A DNA stretch of 64,000 bases from Pseudomonadota bacterium. Its GTDB lineage: Bacteria > Pseudomonadota > Gammaproteobacteria > Nevskiales > Nevskiaceae. The stretch is from NCBI GenBank assembly GCA_040385605.1, contig JAZKHC010000026.1, positions 5,680 through 69,679 of the forward strand, read 5' to 3'. How positions within the stretch are numbered: the first letter of the stretch is position 1; every line of letters starts with the position of its first letter. Below, in pieces: positions 10,449-19,785 of this stretch. The notes below the pieces were generated by a model that saw only the letters and a program-made list of their open reading frames with translations, did not search any database and had not been told where the DNA came from. Position numbers and translations under genes: made by a program.

Positions 10449-11249
10449 TTACTGCGGCAGCACCTCGAAGCTCGCGGTGTAGGTGAGACGGCGCTGGGTG
10501 GCGGGCTTCGCACTGACCTTGTCGTCGCTGGCACTGGCGCTCAGCAGCCAGGGGCCGGTTTCTGGCCAGGTGATGCTGAAGGCGCCGCTCGCATCGGTGG
10601 TCGCTTCGATCTCGTTCTGCTGGTTTCGATAGCGCATGCCGCCGCGCACCACGCTCAGCTTCTGCTGGGCCGCCGGTGCGCCATCGAGCAGCAGCCTGAA
10701 GGTGGCGGTTTCGCCGACGAACAGATCGGTGGGATGCGTTACCGGCACCAGCTCCAGACCCTTGCCGACCGGCTTCAGGGCCTCCACATTCTTTGGGCCA
10801 TCGGTGACGAAGGTTTCGACACGCCCCAGCGTTTCGCCCACCTCCAGTTTGGCGGCATCGGCGGGAATTTCCTTGGCCAGGTTCTCCGCCTTGCCGCGCC
10901 AGCGTTTGCGCTCGCCGTTCACCTCGTAGCTGGCATTGAGGCCGCTGTTGATGACCGTCATGCGATAGGTGCCCGGCAGCGCCAGATTGACGTCGAAGGT
11001 GCTGCGGAACTTGCCGGTGAGGGCATTTTCAGGCTGGGCCAGGCTGCCATCGGGGGCGGTGATGACGAGGCCATCGAGCCGCAGCGGATTGTGGTTGGCG
11101 ATGAAGGCATCGCTGGAGATGCCGGCATCCACCGTCACCCAGGCTTTCGCAGGCAGCACGGTGGCGGAGGGCAGCAGCCAGGCGGTGTGGGCCTGTGCGG
11201 CGAGGGGCAGGGCGAGGGCAGGGACAGCGAAGAAGAAGTTGCGGATCAT
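10449..11249 (-). CDS. DUF4198 domain periplasmic protein
   Basis: Signal peptide ending AQA-HTAWLLP, GLELVPVTHP; context next to DUF2271 and ApbE. Confidence 0.75.
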   Translation of the reverse strand: MIRNFFFAVPALALPLAAQAHTAWLLPSATVLPAKAWVTVDAGISSDAFIANHNPLRLDGLVITAPDGSLAQPENALTGKFRSTFDVNLALPGTYRMTVINSGLNASYEVNGERKRWRGKAENLAKEIPADAAKLEVGETLGRVETFVTDGPKNVEALKPVGKGLELVPVTHPTDLFVGETATFRLLLDGAPAAQQKLSVVRGGMRYRNQQNEIEATTDASGAFSITWPETGPWLLSASASDDKVSAKPATQRRLTYTASFEVLPQ

Positions 11250-11278
11250 GGACGTGCTCCGATGGCGAGTGCAGTGGT

Positions 11279-11797
11279 TCAAGGCTTGAGTAAGAGCGTC
11301 AGCGCGCCCAGCTCGGTCGCGCCCTTCGCACTCAGGGTTTCGTTGACCTTGGGCGGCCAGACAAAGGGGATGTTGAGCACCTCGCGGCCGCCATCCTCGC
11401 GCGCGGCTTCGACCACCAGCTTGTATTGACCGGCGGGCAGCTTCGACGCAACCGGCTCCACCTTATAGCGGCCGGGCACGCGGGTGGCACCGCTCACCCC
11501 ATCGAGCGGCAGCGTGGTCTGCTGGCCGACGCGGCGCCACCACTGGCGCAGGTCGGGCAGCCATTTCTCGCCGCCTTCGCCGGGCTTGACCATCTGGCCC
11601 GGCTTGGCCTTGTCCTGGTACCAGAGCGCCAGCTGCGCAGCAACGCTCTTGTCCTCGCGCTCGACCCAGGCGGCGACGTACGGACGGTGGTATTCGGCGA
11701 TGTCGATCTTCGGGATTTCGATGTTGAGTTCGAGGCCGGCGGCCATCGCAGGGCTGGCGATGAGGCCGCAAAGAATCAAGGGTGTTTTGTTGCGCAT
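11279..11797 (-). CDS. DUF2271 domain protein (predicted flavinylation substrate)
   Basis: EYHRPYVAAW, WLPDLRQWWR, DGVSGATR, VEAAREDGGRE. Confidence 0.85.
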   Translation of the reverse strand: MRNKTPLILCGLIASPAMAAGLELNIEIPKIDIAEYHRPYVAAWVEREDKSVAAQLALWYQDKAKPGQMVKPGEGGEKWLPDLRQWWRRVGQQTTLPLDGVSGATRVPGRYKVEPVASKLPAGQYKLVVEAAREDGGREVLNIPFVWPPKVNETLSAKGATELGALTLLLKP

Positions 11798-11804
11798 GGA
11801 GTTC

Positions 11805-12461
11805 TCAGTGCATGAAGAAAAGTGCGATCAGCAGCGGTATGAAGAAGCCGACGACGACGATGGGCCAGGTGCTGGGTCGGCGTTTGGAATGCAGTTGCAG
11901 CAGCAGCAGGCCGGTGATGCAGAACAGCAGGGTGGCGACTGCGAAAATGTCGATGAACCAGCTCCACACCACACCGGTATTGCGGCCCTTGTGCAGGTCG
12001 TTGAGGGTGGCGATCCAGCCGCGATCGGTGTGTTGGTACTCGGCCTCGGAGTCTTCGAGGTTTATGTTGATCCAGGCGTCGCCACCGGGGCGCGGCAGGC
12101 TGAGATAAATCTCACCGTCGTTCCACTCGGCCTGCTGCGCACTGCCCATGCGCAGGTCGAACTCGCGGCGCAACCAGTCGCGCAATGGCAAGGGCAGGGA
12201 GGATTTCGCCGCTGCCGGGGTGCCAAGCAGCTGCTGGAGCAACTCTGGCGGCAGTGGCTTTTTCACGCTCACCGTCTCCGGCTTCGCGCTGATGTCCGCC
12301 GCGTGGTTGAGCGTGATGCCGGTCGCCGAGAACAGGATCATCGCCACCAGACAGATGGCAGAGCTGATCCAGTGCCACTGGTGCAGCTGCTTGGCCCAGA
12401 AGGCCTTGGCCGATCGGTTCGTCGGCTTGCCCGCAGCGGCGGCGCTCACAGCTCCGTCCAC
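11805..12461 (-). CDS. PepSY-associated TM-helix membrane protein
   Basis: LHQWHWISSA, FSATGITLNH, LNDLHKGRNTG, hydrophobic C-terminal helices. Confidence 0.85.
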   Translation of the reverse strand: MDGAVSAAAAGKPTNRSAKAFWAKQLHQWHWISSAICLVAMILFSATGITLNHAADISAKPETVSVKKPLPPELLQQLLGTPAAAKSSLPLPLRDWLRREFDLRMGSAQQAEWNDGEIYLSLPRPGGDAWININLEDSEAEYQHTDRGWIATLNDLHKGRNTGVVWSWFIDIFAVATLLFCITGLLLLQLHSKRRPSTWPIVVVGFFIPLLIALFFMH

Positions 12462-13132
12462 ATCCGCAGCAGGTTGTGGTAGCAGCCGGTGAGCTGCACG
12501 CGCGTGGCCATGTCGGCATTGGTGGCGGTGAGTTTCTGGATGCTGCGGTCCATATCGAACAACAGCGCGCGCTGGGCATCGCTGCGCACCATGCTCTGCA
12601 CCCAGAAGAAGCAGGCCAGCCGCACGCCGCGCGTCACCGGCGTGACGCGGTGCAGGCTGCTCGAGGGATACAGAATCAGATCACCCGCTGCTAACTTGAT
12701 GCGCTGCGTGCCGGAGGGTGCCTCGACCACCAGCTCCCCGCCGTCGTAATCCTGCGGGTTGCTCAAGAACAGAGTGGCCGAGAGATCGGTGCGGATCTTC
12801 GTCGCGCTACCCGGCAGCACGCGCACGGCGTTGTCGATGTGATCGCCGAAGGTCATGCCGCCCTCGTAGCGGTTGAACATCGGCGGGTAGACGCGGTGCG
12901 GCAGGCTGGCGCTAATGAAGAGCGCATTGCGCTCCAGCACCGCCAACACCGCATTACCGAGCTGGATAGCGAGGGGCGCGTGCTCTGCCAACTGCTGGTT
13001 CTTCTTGACGGCCGCACCCTGCGAGCCCGCGGTGACACGCCCATCCACCCAGGCCTCGCCGGCCTGCGCGAGCTGGAGGTCGAATTCAGCCAACTGTTGG
13101 GCGTCGAGCACGCCGGGGATGTGGAGGAGCAT
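12446..13132 (-). CDS. piuC: PKHD-type Fe(II)/2-oxoglutarate hydroxylase (PiuC/YbiX)
   Basis: WVDGRVTAG, PPMFNRY, HIDNA, RTDLSATLFLS, YDGGEL, LHRVTPVTRG. Confidence 0.9.
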   Translation of the reverse strand: MLLHIPGVLDAQQLAEFDLQLAQAGEAWVDGRVTAGSQGAAVKKNQQLAEHAPLAIQLGNAVLAVLERNALFISASLPHRVYPPMFNRYEGGMTFGDHIDNAVRVLPGSATKIRTDLSATLFLSNPQDYDGGELVVEAPSGTQRIKLAAGDLILYPSSSLHRVTPVTRGVRLACFFWVQSMVRSDAQRALLFDMDRSIQKLTATNADMATRVQLTGCYHNLLRMWTEL

Positions 13133-13146
13133 GGCTTGCAGGGCGG

Positions 13147-15396
13147 TCAGGTCTTGCCCCAGCGTAGCAAGCCACTGAGGATCACCGTGCGGCCCCGGCC
13201 CGGCACGGCACGGCCGTTTTCGGAGGCGACGATGGAATCGAAAAACTCTTCGTCGAACAGGTTCTGCACGTTGAGCTGCACGTCGTAGCGCGGCTGGTGA
13301 TAGGCGGCGAGCACGTCGGCGCGCACGTAGCTGTCGACCTTGGTGAGGTTGCTGGTGGTGACGAAACGCTCGTCGATGTAGTTGAAGCCGCCGCCCACCT
13401 CGTAGTCGCGCAGCATGCGATAGGTGGTGAAGAGAGACGCCGCATTCGCCGGCGTATTGGGCAGCTCGTTGCCCTGGAAGCTCACGCGGGCAGCACCGGT
13501 GCCGGTGCCGTCATTGGTTTTCTTCAGCTCGCTTTCGAGGCGTGAATAACCGGCGATGACCTGCCAGTTGCGGGTGATGCGGCCGACCGCACCCAGCTCG
13601 AAACCTTCGACCTGGGTGCGGCCATCCACCGTCACCACGCCGAGCTGGTCGGTGGTGCGGGCGTTGGTTTTCTCGATGTGAAACACCGCGCTGGTGAGAG
13701 ACAGCTTACTGTTGAATACATCCCACTTCGCACCGACCTCATAGGACTTGGTTTTCTCTGGCGCGACGGTGGATTGCGACGCACTAATGGTCACTGCCTC
13801 GGCCGAGGGATTGAACGAAGTGCCGTATGAGGCGTAGGTGCTCAAGCGGGTCGTCGGCTGCCAGATCACGCCGCCGCGCACGCTGGTGCCGTAGTCGGTG
13901 CGCGCGAAGGCATTGGGCTGGCCGTTGGCCTGGGTCGCAATCGCGCCATTGCTGTTGTTGACGGTCTTCACGTCGGCATCGAAGCGGTCCCGGCGGATGC
14001 CGCCGACCACCTTCCACTCCGGCGTGAGGCCGACGGTGTCGTTGAGATAGACACTCATGGTGCGCGCCGAGCCTTCGGTGAAGGTCGCCGCGCGGGTGCG
14101 GCCGATGTCCGCCGGTGTGGCGTTTGGCTCGAAGTTGCCTAGGTTGTCGAGCTGGCGGCGCGAGGCGGTGTAGGCCTGGTTGTGGGTGGAGTCACGGCCG
14201 ATCTCCACGCCGCCGACAACGATGTGGCTGATCGAGCCGGTGTTGAGCTTGGCGATGGCATCGAACTGCGTGAAGGCCGAGGTGTCCTTCAGCTCGCGGG
14301 CGCGGCGGTCGGATTGCACCGTGACCTGATCGTATGGTGCGCCGGGTGCGGCCACCGGGCAGCTGCCTGCCGGGTTGTTGAAGGTGGTGGTGCAGACGCG
14401 GTAGGGCGTCGGGTTGGCGCCGGTGCTGTTCTCGCCGAGCTGGGTCTGGTTTTGCAGCGTCAGCCAGCTGTTGAGACGGTGTTCGACCTTGATCTTGCCG
14501 ACGGCGGTGTTCTGGTCGAATTGGTCGTCGGTGTTGCCGTAGAAGCGGTCGTGCGGCACCTCGGCCGGCGCGCCATCGACGAAGGGGATGCCGTAGTCCG
14601 GTACGTCACGGTTCTGCTGATACAGACCAGTGAGGGTCAGGTCGGTGTCCTTGTTCAGCGCCACGCGCAGCGAGGGCGCGATGCCCCAATCCTGCTGCTG
14701 CACCACGTCGCGGGTGGACTTCACATCCTGCGCGAACAGGGCCACGCGCACGGCGGCGGTATTCGACAGCACGCGGTTGAAGTCCGCCGTGGTGCGGGTG
14801 TAGTCGTCGGTACCGTACGAGAAGCCGACCTGATTGAGGTCGGTCTTCAGTGGCGTCTTGCTCACCTGGTTGATGACGCCGCCGGTGGAGCCGCGACCAA
14901 AGAAGAGTGAGGACGGGCCTTTCAGCACTTCGACGCTGTCGAGCGAGAAGGTGTCGCGCTTGTATTGGCCTCGGTCGCGCGAGCCATCGAGGTAAATGTC
15001 GGTGCGCGCGGTGAAGCCGCGCAGGTTGACGTTGTCGCCAATCGCACCGCCTTCGCCGGCTTGCAGGGTGATGCCCGGCACGTTGCGCAGCGCCTCGGTC
15101 AGGCTGGTGGCGTTCTGCGCATCGAGCACGGCGCGGGTGACGACCGTGACCACCTGCGGGATGTCGCGCACCGCGACCGGCAGCTTGCCGACGGTGGCGG
15201 TGACGGGGGCGTAGTCCTCGCCGGGTGCGTGATCTACCACCTTAACCTGCGGCAGAACCACATCGGCTGTTGAAGGCGGGGCGGCATCCGGGCTGGGGGT
15301 TGCAGCGACTTCTGTAGAGGCAGCGAGCTGGGCGAAGCTGGGCAGCGTGGTAAGGGCAAGTGCAGCAGCAGCCAGCGGGTGAAGGCGGAAACGCAT
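13147..15396 (-). CDS. TonB-dependent siderophore receptor (Fiu/PiuA-like)
   Basis: LRNVPGIT...GEGG, LRGF, VEVLKGPSSLFFGRGSTGGVINQVSK; directly upstream of piuC. Confidence 0.92.
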   Translation of the reverse strand: MRFRLHPLAAAALALTTLPSFAQLAASTEVAATPSPDAAPPSTADVVLPQVKVVDHAPGEDYAPVTATVGKLPVAVRDIPQVVTVVTRAVLDAQNATSLTEALRNVPGITLQAGEGGAIGDNVNLRGFTARTDIYLDGSRDRGQYKRDTFSLDSVEVLKGPSSLFFGRGSTGGVINQVSKTPLKTDLNQVGFSYGTDDYTRTTADFNRVLSNTAAVRVALFAQDVKSTRDVVQQQDWGIAPSLRVALNKDTDLTLTGLYQQNRDVPDYGIPFVDGAPAEVPHDRFYGNTDDQFDQNTAVGKIKVEHRLNSWLTLQNQTQLGENSTGANPTPYRVCTTTFNNPAGSCPVAAPGAPYDQVTVQSDRRARELKDTSAFTQFDAIAKLNTGSISHIVVGGVEIGRDSTHNQAYTASRRQLDNLGNFEPNATPADIGRTRAATFTEGSARTMSVYLNDTVGLTPEWKVVGGIRRDRFDADVKTVNNSNGAIATQANGQPNAFARTDYGTSVRGGVIWQPTTRLSTYASYGTSFNPSAEAVTISASQSTVAPEKTKSYEVGAKWDVFNSKLSLTSAVFHIEKTNARTTDQLGVVTVDGRTQVEGFELGAVGRITRNWQVIAGYSRLESELKKTNDGTGTGAARVSFQGNELPNTPANAASLFTTYRMLRDYEVGGGFNYIDERFVTTSNLTKVDSYVRADVLAAYHQPRYDVQLNVQNLFDEEFFDSIVASENGRAVPGRGRTVILSGLLRWGKT

Positions 15397-15520
15397 GGTG
15401 TGGAGTACCGGTCGGGCGATGGAGCGAAGCAGCCTTCGTGGCTGGCTTCGGGTGTGTCACTCCCGGTAGTTCACAAGCGTCCTTGCCTGTTTTTGCCTCT
15501 GTGACGATCTGGATTGTAAG

Positions 15521-15562
15521 TGCGAATGCTTCGCAATAACAGATCAAATGAGAATAATTCTT
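15521..15562. promoter_or_regulatory. Fur-box-like operator block upstream of the 13147-15396 receptor
   Basis: AAATGAGAATAATTCTT resembles the Fur consensus; 36/42 identical to 17925-17966. Confidence 0.7.
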
Positions 15563-15584
15563 GCCACAGTCAGGGCAGCGCTGC

Positions 15585-15625
15585 AAAAAAATGCCCCCGC
15601 CGGCAGGCGCCGACGGAGGCCATTT
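15585..15625 (-). terminator. Probable intrinsic terminator of the 15639-17789 receptor
   Basis: Imperfect GC stem with an A7 run on the + strand (U-tract on -) just past the stop codon. Confidence 0.55.
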
Positions 15626-15638
15626 GCAAGGGTTGATG

Positions 15639-17789
15639 TCAGAAGTTGGCAGTGACCCCGATACGGAAGTTGAGCGGCGCGCCGGGCAGGATGTTGTTGT
15701 CGTTGTGGGCGTTGACGCTGTAGTCCTCGCCGCTGAGGTTTTCCACATTCAGCTGCGCGCGCAGGGTGGGGCTGTGCTGATAGAACACCGCGCCGTCGAG
15801 GCGGGTGTAGCCATCCATCTTCACCGCGTTGCTGGTGCTGCTGAACATCGCGCCGCGGTTGAACACGCCCAGGCCGGCTCCCCACTGCGGGCTGAAGTCG
15901 TAGCGGTTCCACAGCGAGATGGTGTGGCGCGGCAGGTTGGCCAGCGTCGCACCGTCCAGTGCAGCGGCGCCGCTGCTGGCGGTGAGCTGGGCGTCTTGAT
16001 AGGCATAGCCACCGCTCACGCTCCATGCCTTGGTGATGTTGCCGGAGACACCCAGCTCGATGCCCTTGGTGCGTGCGCCATCGCCGAGGATGCTGGTGCC
16101 CGCGGTCGCGCCCGGCAGAATCACATTGCTGCGGTCGAGTTGATAGACCGCAATGGTGAGCGAGAGATCAGGCCGCAGGTCCCACTTGGCACCCACTTCA
16201 TAGTTGGTGAACTCTTCCGGGTCGAAGGCGGCATTGGTCGGCGTGAGCGAGCCGAGCTGCTCGCCGGAGCGGGGCAGGTAGCTGAGCGAATAGCTGGCGT
16301 AGAGCGAGGCCTGTTCCAGCGGCTTGTAGATCAGCCCCACGCGCGGCGAAACCAGGCCGTCTTCGGTTTCGATCTCGCGGTCGGCAGCCGCCACGCCCGT
16401 GCGGCGGTTAGTGAAGTCGGTGCTGTACTGGTCGTAGCGCAGGCCCAGCACCACGTCGAACTGCTGCCCGAAGCTGATCTGATCCTGCACGTAGACGGCA
16501 GCGATCTTGGTCTCGCTTTCGTTGTTGCCATCGGCCGTGCCACCCTGCACGAAGCCCACCAGAGGCTCGCTGAAGTTGGGGTTGGTGACGGGGCGAATGA
16601 GTGTGGTGTCGGGGTTGGTGTCGGCATCGGCACCGTCGGCAAACTGGCCGCTCAGGCGCAGGTTGTCGGTGAGCTGACGACCGACCTCCACGCCGCCGAG
16701 CAGGGTGTGCTCGACGACGCCAGTCTTCAACTTGTAGACGAGGTCGGTCTGGTTGAACAGGTTCTTGCGGTCGGTCTGCGCGAAGTAGGCCTGAAACGGC
16801 ACGTTGCCATTCGCCGCCACCGGGCCGCTGGCGAAGACATTTTGATAGAACTTGTCGTAAGCGCCGTAGAGCGTGCGATTGCTGAGCGTGAGTCCGCCGC
16901 CGAAGTCGTGCTCGACCGTGATGCTGCTGGTGTTGAGTTCGGTATCGGTGGGGCTGTTGCCGGGGTCGCCGAAAAAGGTGCTCTCGTCCGTCTTGAACGG
17001 CTTGCCGTTCTGCGAAGGGCCGCCGCGGTCGGCGATGCGCTCGTCGCGGAAGTATTCGTAACCCAGCGTCACGCTGGTGTCGCTGCCGGCGCTGAAGCGC
17101 AGGGTGGGGTTGATTCCGCGGCGCTCCAGCGTCACGTCGTCGCGGTAGCTCTCGCTGTCTTCCAGCAAGGCGGTGACGCGGCCGGCGACATTGCTGTTGA
17201 AGCTCTGGCCCAGGTCAAAGGTCGCGCGCTTGTTGTCGAAGCTGCCGCCCTGCAGTGACACCTCGCGCAAAGTGCGGCCATCCGCCACGCGGGTGACGCG
17301 GTTGATCACGCCGCCCACGCCGCCGCGCCCGAAGATCATCGCGTTCGGGCCCTTCAGCACCTCGACGCGCTCGATGTTGTAGAGGTCGCGGTAATACTGC
17401 ACGTCATCGCGCAGGCCGTTGACGAAGAAGTCGCTGGTCGAGGCATTGCCACGAAATACCGGCGTCTCGCGGTTGCCCTCACCCTGCGCCATGCCGACGC
17501 CCGGCACGTAGCGGATGACATCGCCAATGTTCTGTGCGGATTGGTCCTGCACCTGGGCACGCGTCACCACGGTGATCGACTGCGGCACATCCACCAAAGG
17601 CGTGTCGGTGCGGGTGCCCGCGCTGCTGCTGCGGGTGTGGTAGCTGTCGGGGCGAGGTGGGTAGGCGGTCACTTCGACGGTGTCGAGCTGTACCGACTCG
17701 GCCGCCGCCAGCTCCACCGTTTGGGCCAGGGCGGGCAGGCTGGCAAACGCCAGGGCGGCGGTAAGCAAAGGACTATAGCGAAAACGCAT
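15639..17789 (-). CDS. TonB-dependent siderophore receptor
   Basis: Start MRFRYSPLL; RYVPGV, QGEGNR, VEVLKGPNAMIFGRGGVGGVINRVT; C-terminal Phe. Confidence 0.92.
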   Translation of the reverse strand: MRFRYSPLLTAALAFASLPALAQTVELAAAESVQLDTVEVTAYPPRPDSYHTRSSSAGTRTDTPLVDVPQSITVVTRAQVQDQSAQNIGDVIRYVPGVGMAQGEGNRETPVFRGNASTSDFFVNGLRDDVQYYRDLYNIERVEVLKGPNAMIFGRGGVGGVINRVTRVADGRTLREVSLQGGSFDNKRATFDLGQSFNSNVAGRVTALLEDSESYRDDVTLERRGINPTLRFSAGSDTSVTLGYEYFRDERIADRGGPSQNGKPFKTDESTFFGDPGNSPTDTELNTSSITVEHDFGGGLTLSNRTLYGAYDKFYQNVFASGPVAANGNVPFQAYFAQTDRKNLFNQTDLVYKLKTGVVEHTLLGGVEVGRQLTDNLRLSGQFADGADADTNPDTTLIRPVTNPNFSEPLVGFVQGGTADGNNESETKIAAVYVQDQISFGQQFDVVLGLRYDQYSTDFTNRRTGVAAADREIETEDGLVSPRVGLIYKPLEQASLYASYSLSYLPRSGEQLGSLTPTNAAFDPEEFTNYEVGAKWDLRPDLSLTIAVYQLDRSNVILPGATAGTSILGDGARTKGIELGVSGNITKAWSVSGGYAYQDAQLTASSGAAALDGATLANLPRHTISLWNRYDFSPQWGAGLGVFNRGAMFSSTSNAVKMDGYTRLDGAVFYQHSPTLRAQLNVENLSGEDYSVNAHNDNNILPGAPLNFRIGVTANF

Positions 17790-17924
17790 GGTGCGAGCAT
17801 CCCGGTGTGTCTTGTTTTCAGGACAGGGATGCCGGTGCAGCCAGCACCGCCCTGTGCTTATCACCGGGCAGGTTTCGCAAGCGCCGTTGCCTGCGCGTGC
17901 CGCGTTGATGGCGCGAATCTTAAT

Positions 17925-17966
17925 TGCGAATGCATCGCAATACCAGCTCGAATGCGAATTATTCTT
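17925..17966. promoter_or_regulatory. Fur-box-like operator block upstream of the 15639-17789 receptor
   Basis: GAATGCGAATTATTCTT Fur-like site; duplicate of 15521-15562. Confidence 0.7.
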
Positions 17967-17996
17967 CTTTGCGAGCGGACATTCGAGCGGCTCGGC

Positions 17997-19007
17997 TCAC
18001 AGCAGCGACACTCTCAAGGGGCCATCCGCTGGCACCTGCAGCTGCTGCGCCAGTTCGGCAGTGAGCGTCACGCTGCCGTCGTCCGGTTCGAGTTCCGTGA
18101 GGGCGCAGCGAAAATCCTGCAGGGAGGTGTTGGCGACCAGACAGGGTGCACCGCCCTCGGGCTGCCCAAGGCGCGCGGTGACCGTCTGCGCGCGACGGAT
18201 GCTGCGGATGTCGTTGAGCGCGATCTCCACCGCCGGGCCGCCGTCGAAGATGTCGATGTAGCCCTGATAGCGAAAGCCCTCCTGCTCCAGCAGATGCAGG
18301 GCAGGGGCCGTCTGCGGATGCACGCGGCCCATCACCTCTTGCGCGGCCTTGGGCAGCAGCACGGCGTAGATCGGGTGCGGCGGCATCAGCTCGGCGATGA
18401 AGGCCTTGTTGCCCATGCCGACGATGTGCTCGGCCTGGGTGTACTCGACGCTGAAGAAGTGGCGGCCGAGGCCCTCCCAAAACGGCGAGTAGCCGACGTC
18501 ATCACTCACCCCGCGCATCTCCGCGATCACCTTGCGCGCGAAGCGTTCGGGGAAGTTGGCCATGAACATGAAACGGCATTTGCTCAGCAACTTGCCCGCG
18601 CCCGCGCCACGAAAACTCGGCTTCATGTAGAGCGAGCACAGCACGCTGGTGCCGGTGAGATCGTTGCTCAAATACAGCGTCGGCACCTTGTTGTAGATGC
18701 CCATATCGCGCGAGGCATGCACGGTGAAGCTGACGTGGTAGCTGTAGAAGGCTTCATCCAGCCCGCAGGCGGCCTCGATGGCGCAGCAGGCCCCGACTTC
18801 GCCGGTGTCTGTCTCCTCCATCACGAACATGTACCGCTCGTGGCCTGGCTCGGTGACGTCGGCGGCGAACGAGCGCACCGAAAGCTCGATCTTGCTGCGC
18901 AGATAGGCTTCGTCCGGCGGCAGGGAGGTAAAGCCGGCACCGGCGGTTTGCGCCATGTGCAGCAGTTCAGGCAGGTCGGTTTCGCGGATGGGTCGGATGA
19001 TTTTCAT
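17997..19007 (-). CDS. astA: Arginine N-succinyltransferase
   Basis: IIRPIRETDL, GFTSLP, GKLLSKCRF, IAEMRG, SPFWEGLGRHFF, YIDIFDGGP. Confidence 0.93.
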   Translation of the reverse strand: MKIIRPIRETDLPELLHMAQTAGAGFTSLPPDEAYLRSKIELSVRSFAADVTEPGHERYMFVMEETDTGEVGACCAIEAACGLDEAFYSYHVSFTVHASRDMGIYNKVPTLYLSNDLTGTSVLCSLYMKPSFRGAGAGKLLSKCRFMFMANFPERFARKVIAEMRGVSDDVGYSPFWEGLGRHFFSVEYTQAEHIVGMGNKAFIAELMPPHPIYAVLLPKAAQEVMGRVHPQTAPALHLLEQEGFRYQGYIDIFDGGPAVEIALNDIRSIRRAQTVTARLGQPEGGAPCLVANTSLQDFRCALTELEPDDGSVTLTAELAQQLQVPADGPLRVSLL

Positions 19008-19016
19008 AAGTTGTTT

Positions 19017-19367
19017 CTAATAGACGCGAGCGCCATTGGGGACTGCGCGTTCGACGCCAAGCACGACCAAGCCGCCCTCGCCATCGACGGCGAGCGTGAG
19101 GCATTCGCTGAGCACATCCGCCACCTTGCGGGGTGCGAAGTTGACTACAGCCAGCACCTGTCGGCCGATGAGTTGATCGGGTGCGTAGAGCTGGGTGACC
19201 TGCGCGCTGCTGGTCTTGCTACCGAGCGGGCCGAAGTCCAGCGTGAGCACGTACGAGGGCTTGCGCGCCTTGGCGTTGGGCACGCAGGCGGTGACGGTGC
19301 CGACGCGCAGGTCACAGCCGAAGAACTGCTCGACCGGGATGGTGGCTTGCGGCGTGAGATCAAGCAT
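19017..19367 (-). CDS. csaA: CsaA-like tRNA-binding / protein chaperone (OB fold)
   Basis: DLRVGTV, LDFGPLG, SSAQVT, VVNFAPRKVA, SECLTL. Confidence 0.85.
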   Translation of the reverse strand: MLDLTPQATIPVEQFFGCDLRVGTVTACVPNAKARKPSYVLTLDFGPLGSKTSSAQVTQLYAPDQLIGRQVLAVVNFAPRKVADVLSECLTLAVDGEGGLVVLGVERAVPNGARVY

Positions 19368-19785
19368 GGGCCGGGCCTTCGGCGAGTTGGCAGCGCAGGC
19401 GCTCTGGTAGCGGGGCCTTCTTCCACAGCGTCGGGTCCACATGCACATAGATGGTTTCACTGCGCGCCCTGAGGGCGACATCGCCATGCTTGCGGAACTC
19501 GGTGCGCACGGTGAACGAGCTGTTGCCGAGTGCCACGGAGGCGACCGTCAGTTCCAGCATCTCATCGTTGCGGCTGGGCGCGAACCATTCGGTGGTCTGC
19601 TTCACCAGCTGGATTTCCGGCAACGGGTCGGCGCAGTCGGTGCCGTAACCCAGCGCCCGCACGTACTCGGTGAAGGCTACGTCCACGTACTCACCGTAGC
19701 GCGCGTTGAACACCACCTGTTGCCCATCGCACTCGCCGTAACGCACGCGCAACAGGTGCCGATAAGGGCGCGGGCTCAATTCCAT
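19360..19785 (-). CDS. Hot-dog-fold acyl-CoA thioesterase (YbgC/FadM-like)
   Basis: VRYGECDGQQVVFNARYGEYVD, LGNSSF. Confidence 0.85.
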   Translation of the reverse strand: MELSPRPYRHLLRVRYGECDGQQVVFNARYGEYVDVAFTEYVRALGYGTDCADPLPEIQLVKQTTEWFAPSRNDEMLELTVASVALGNSSFTVRTEFRKHGDVALRARSETIYVHVDPTLWKKAPLPERLRCQLAEGPAHA

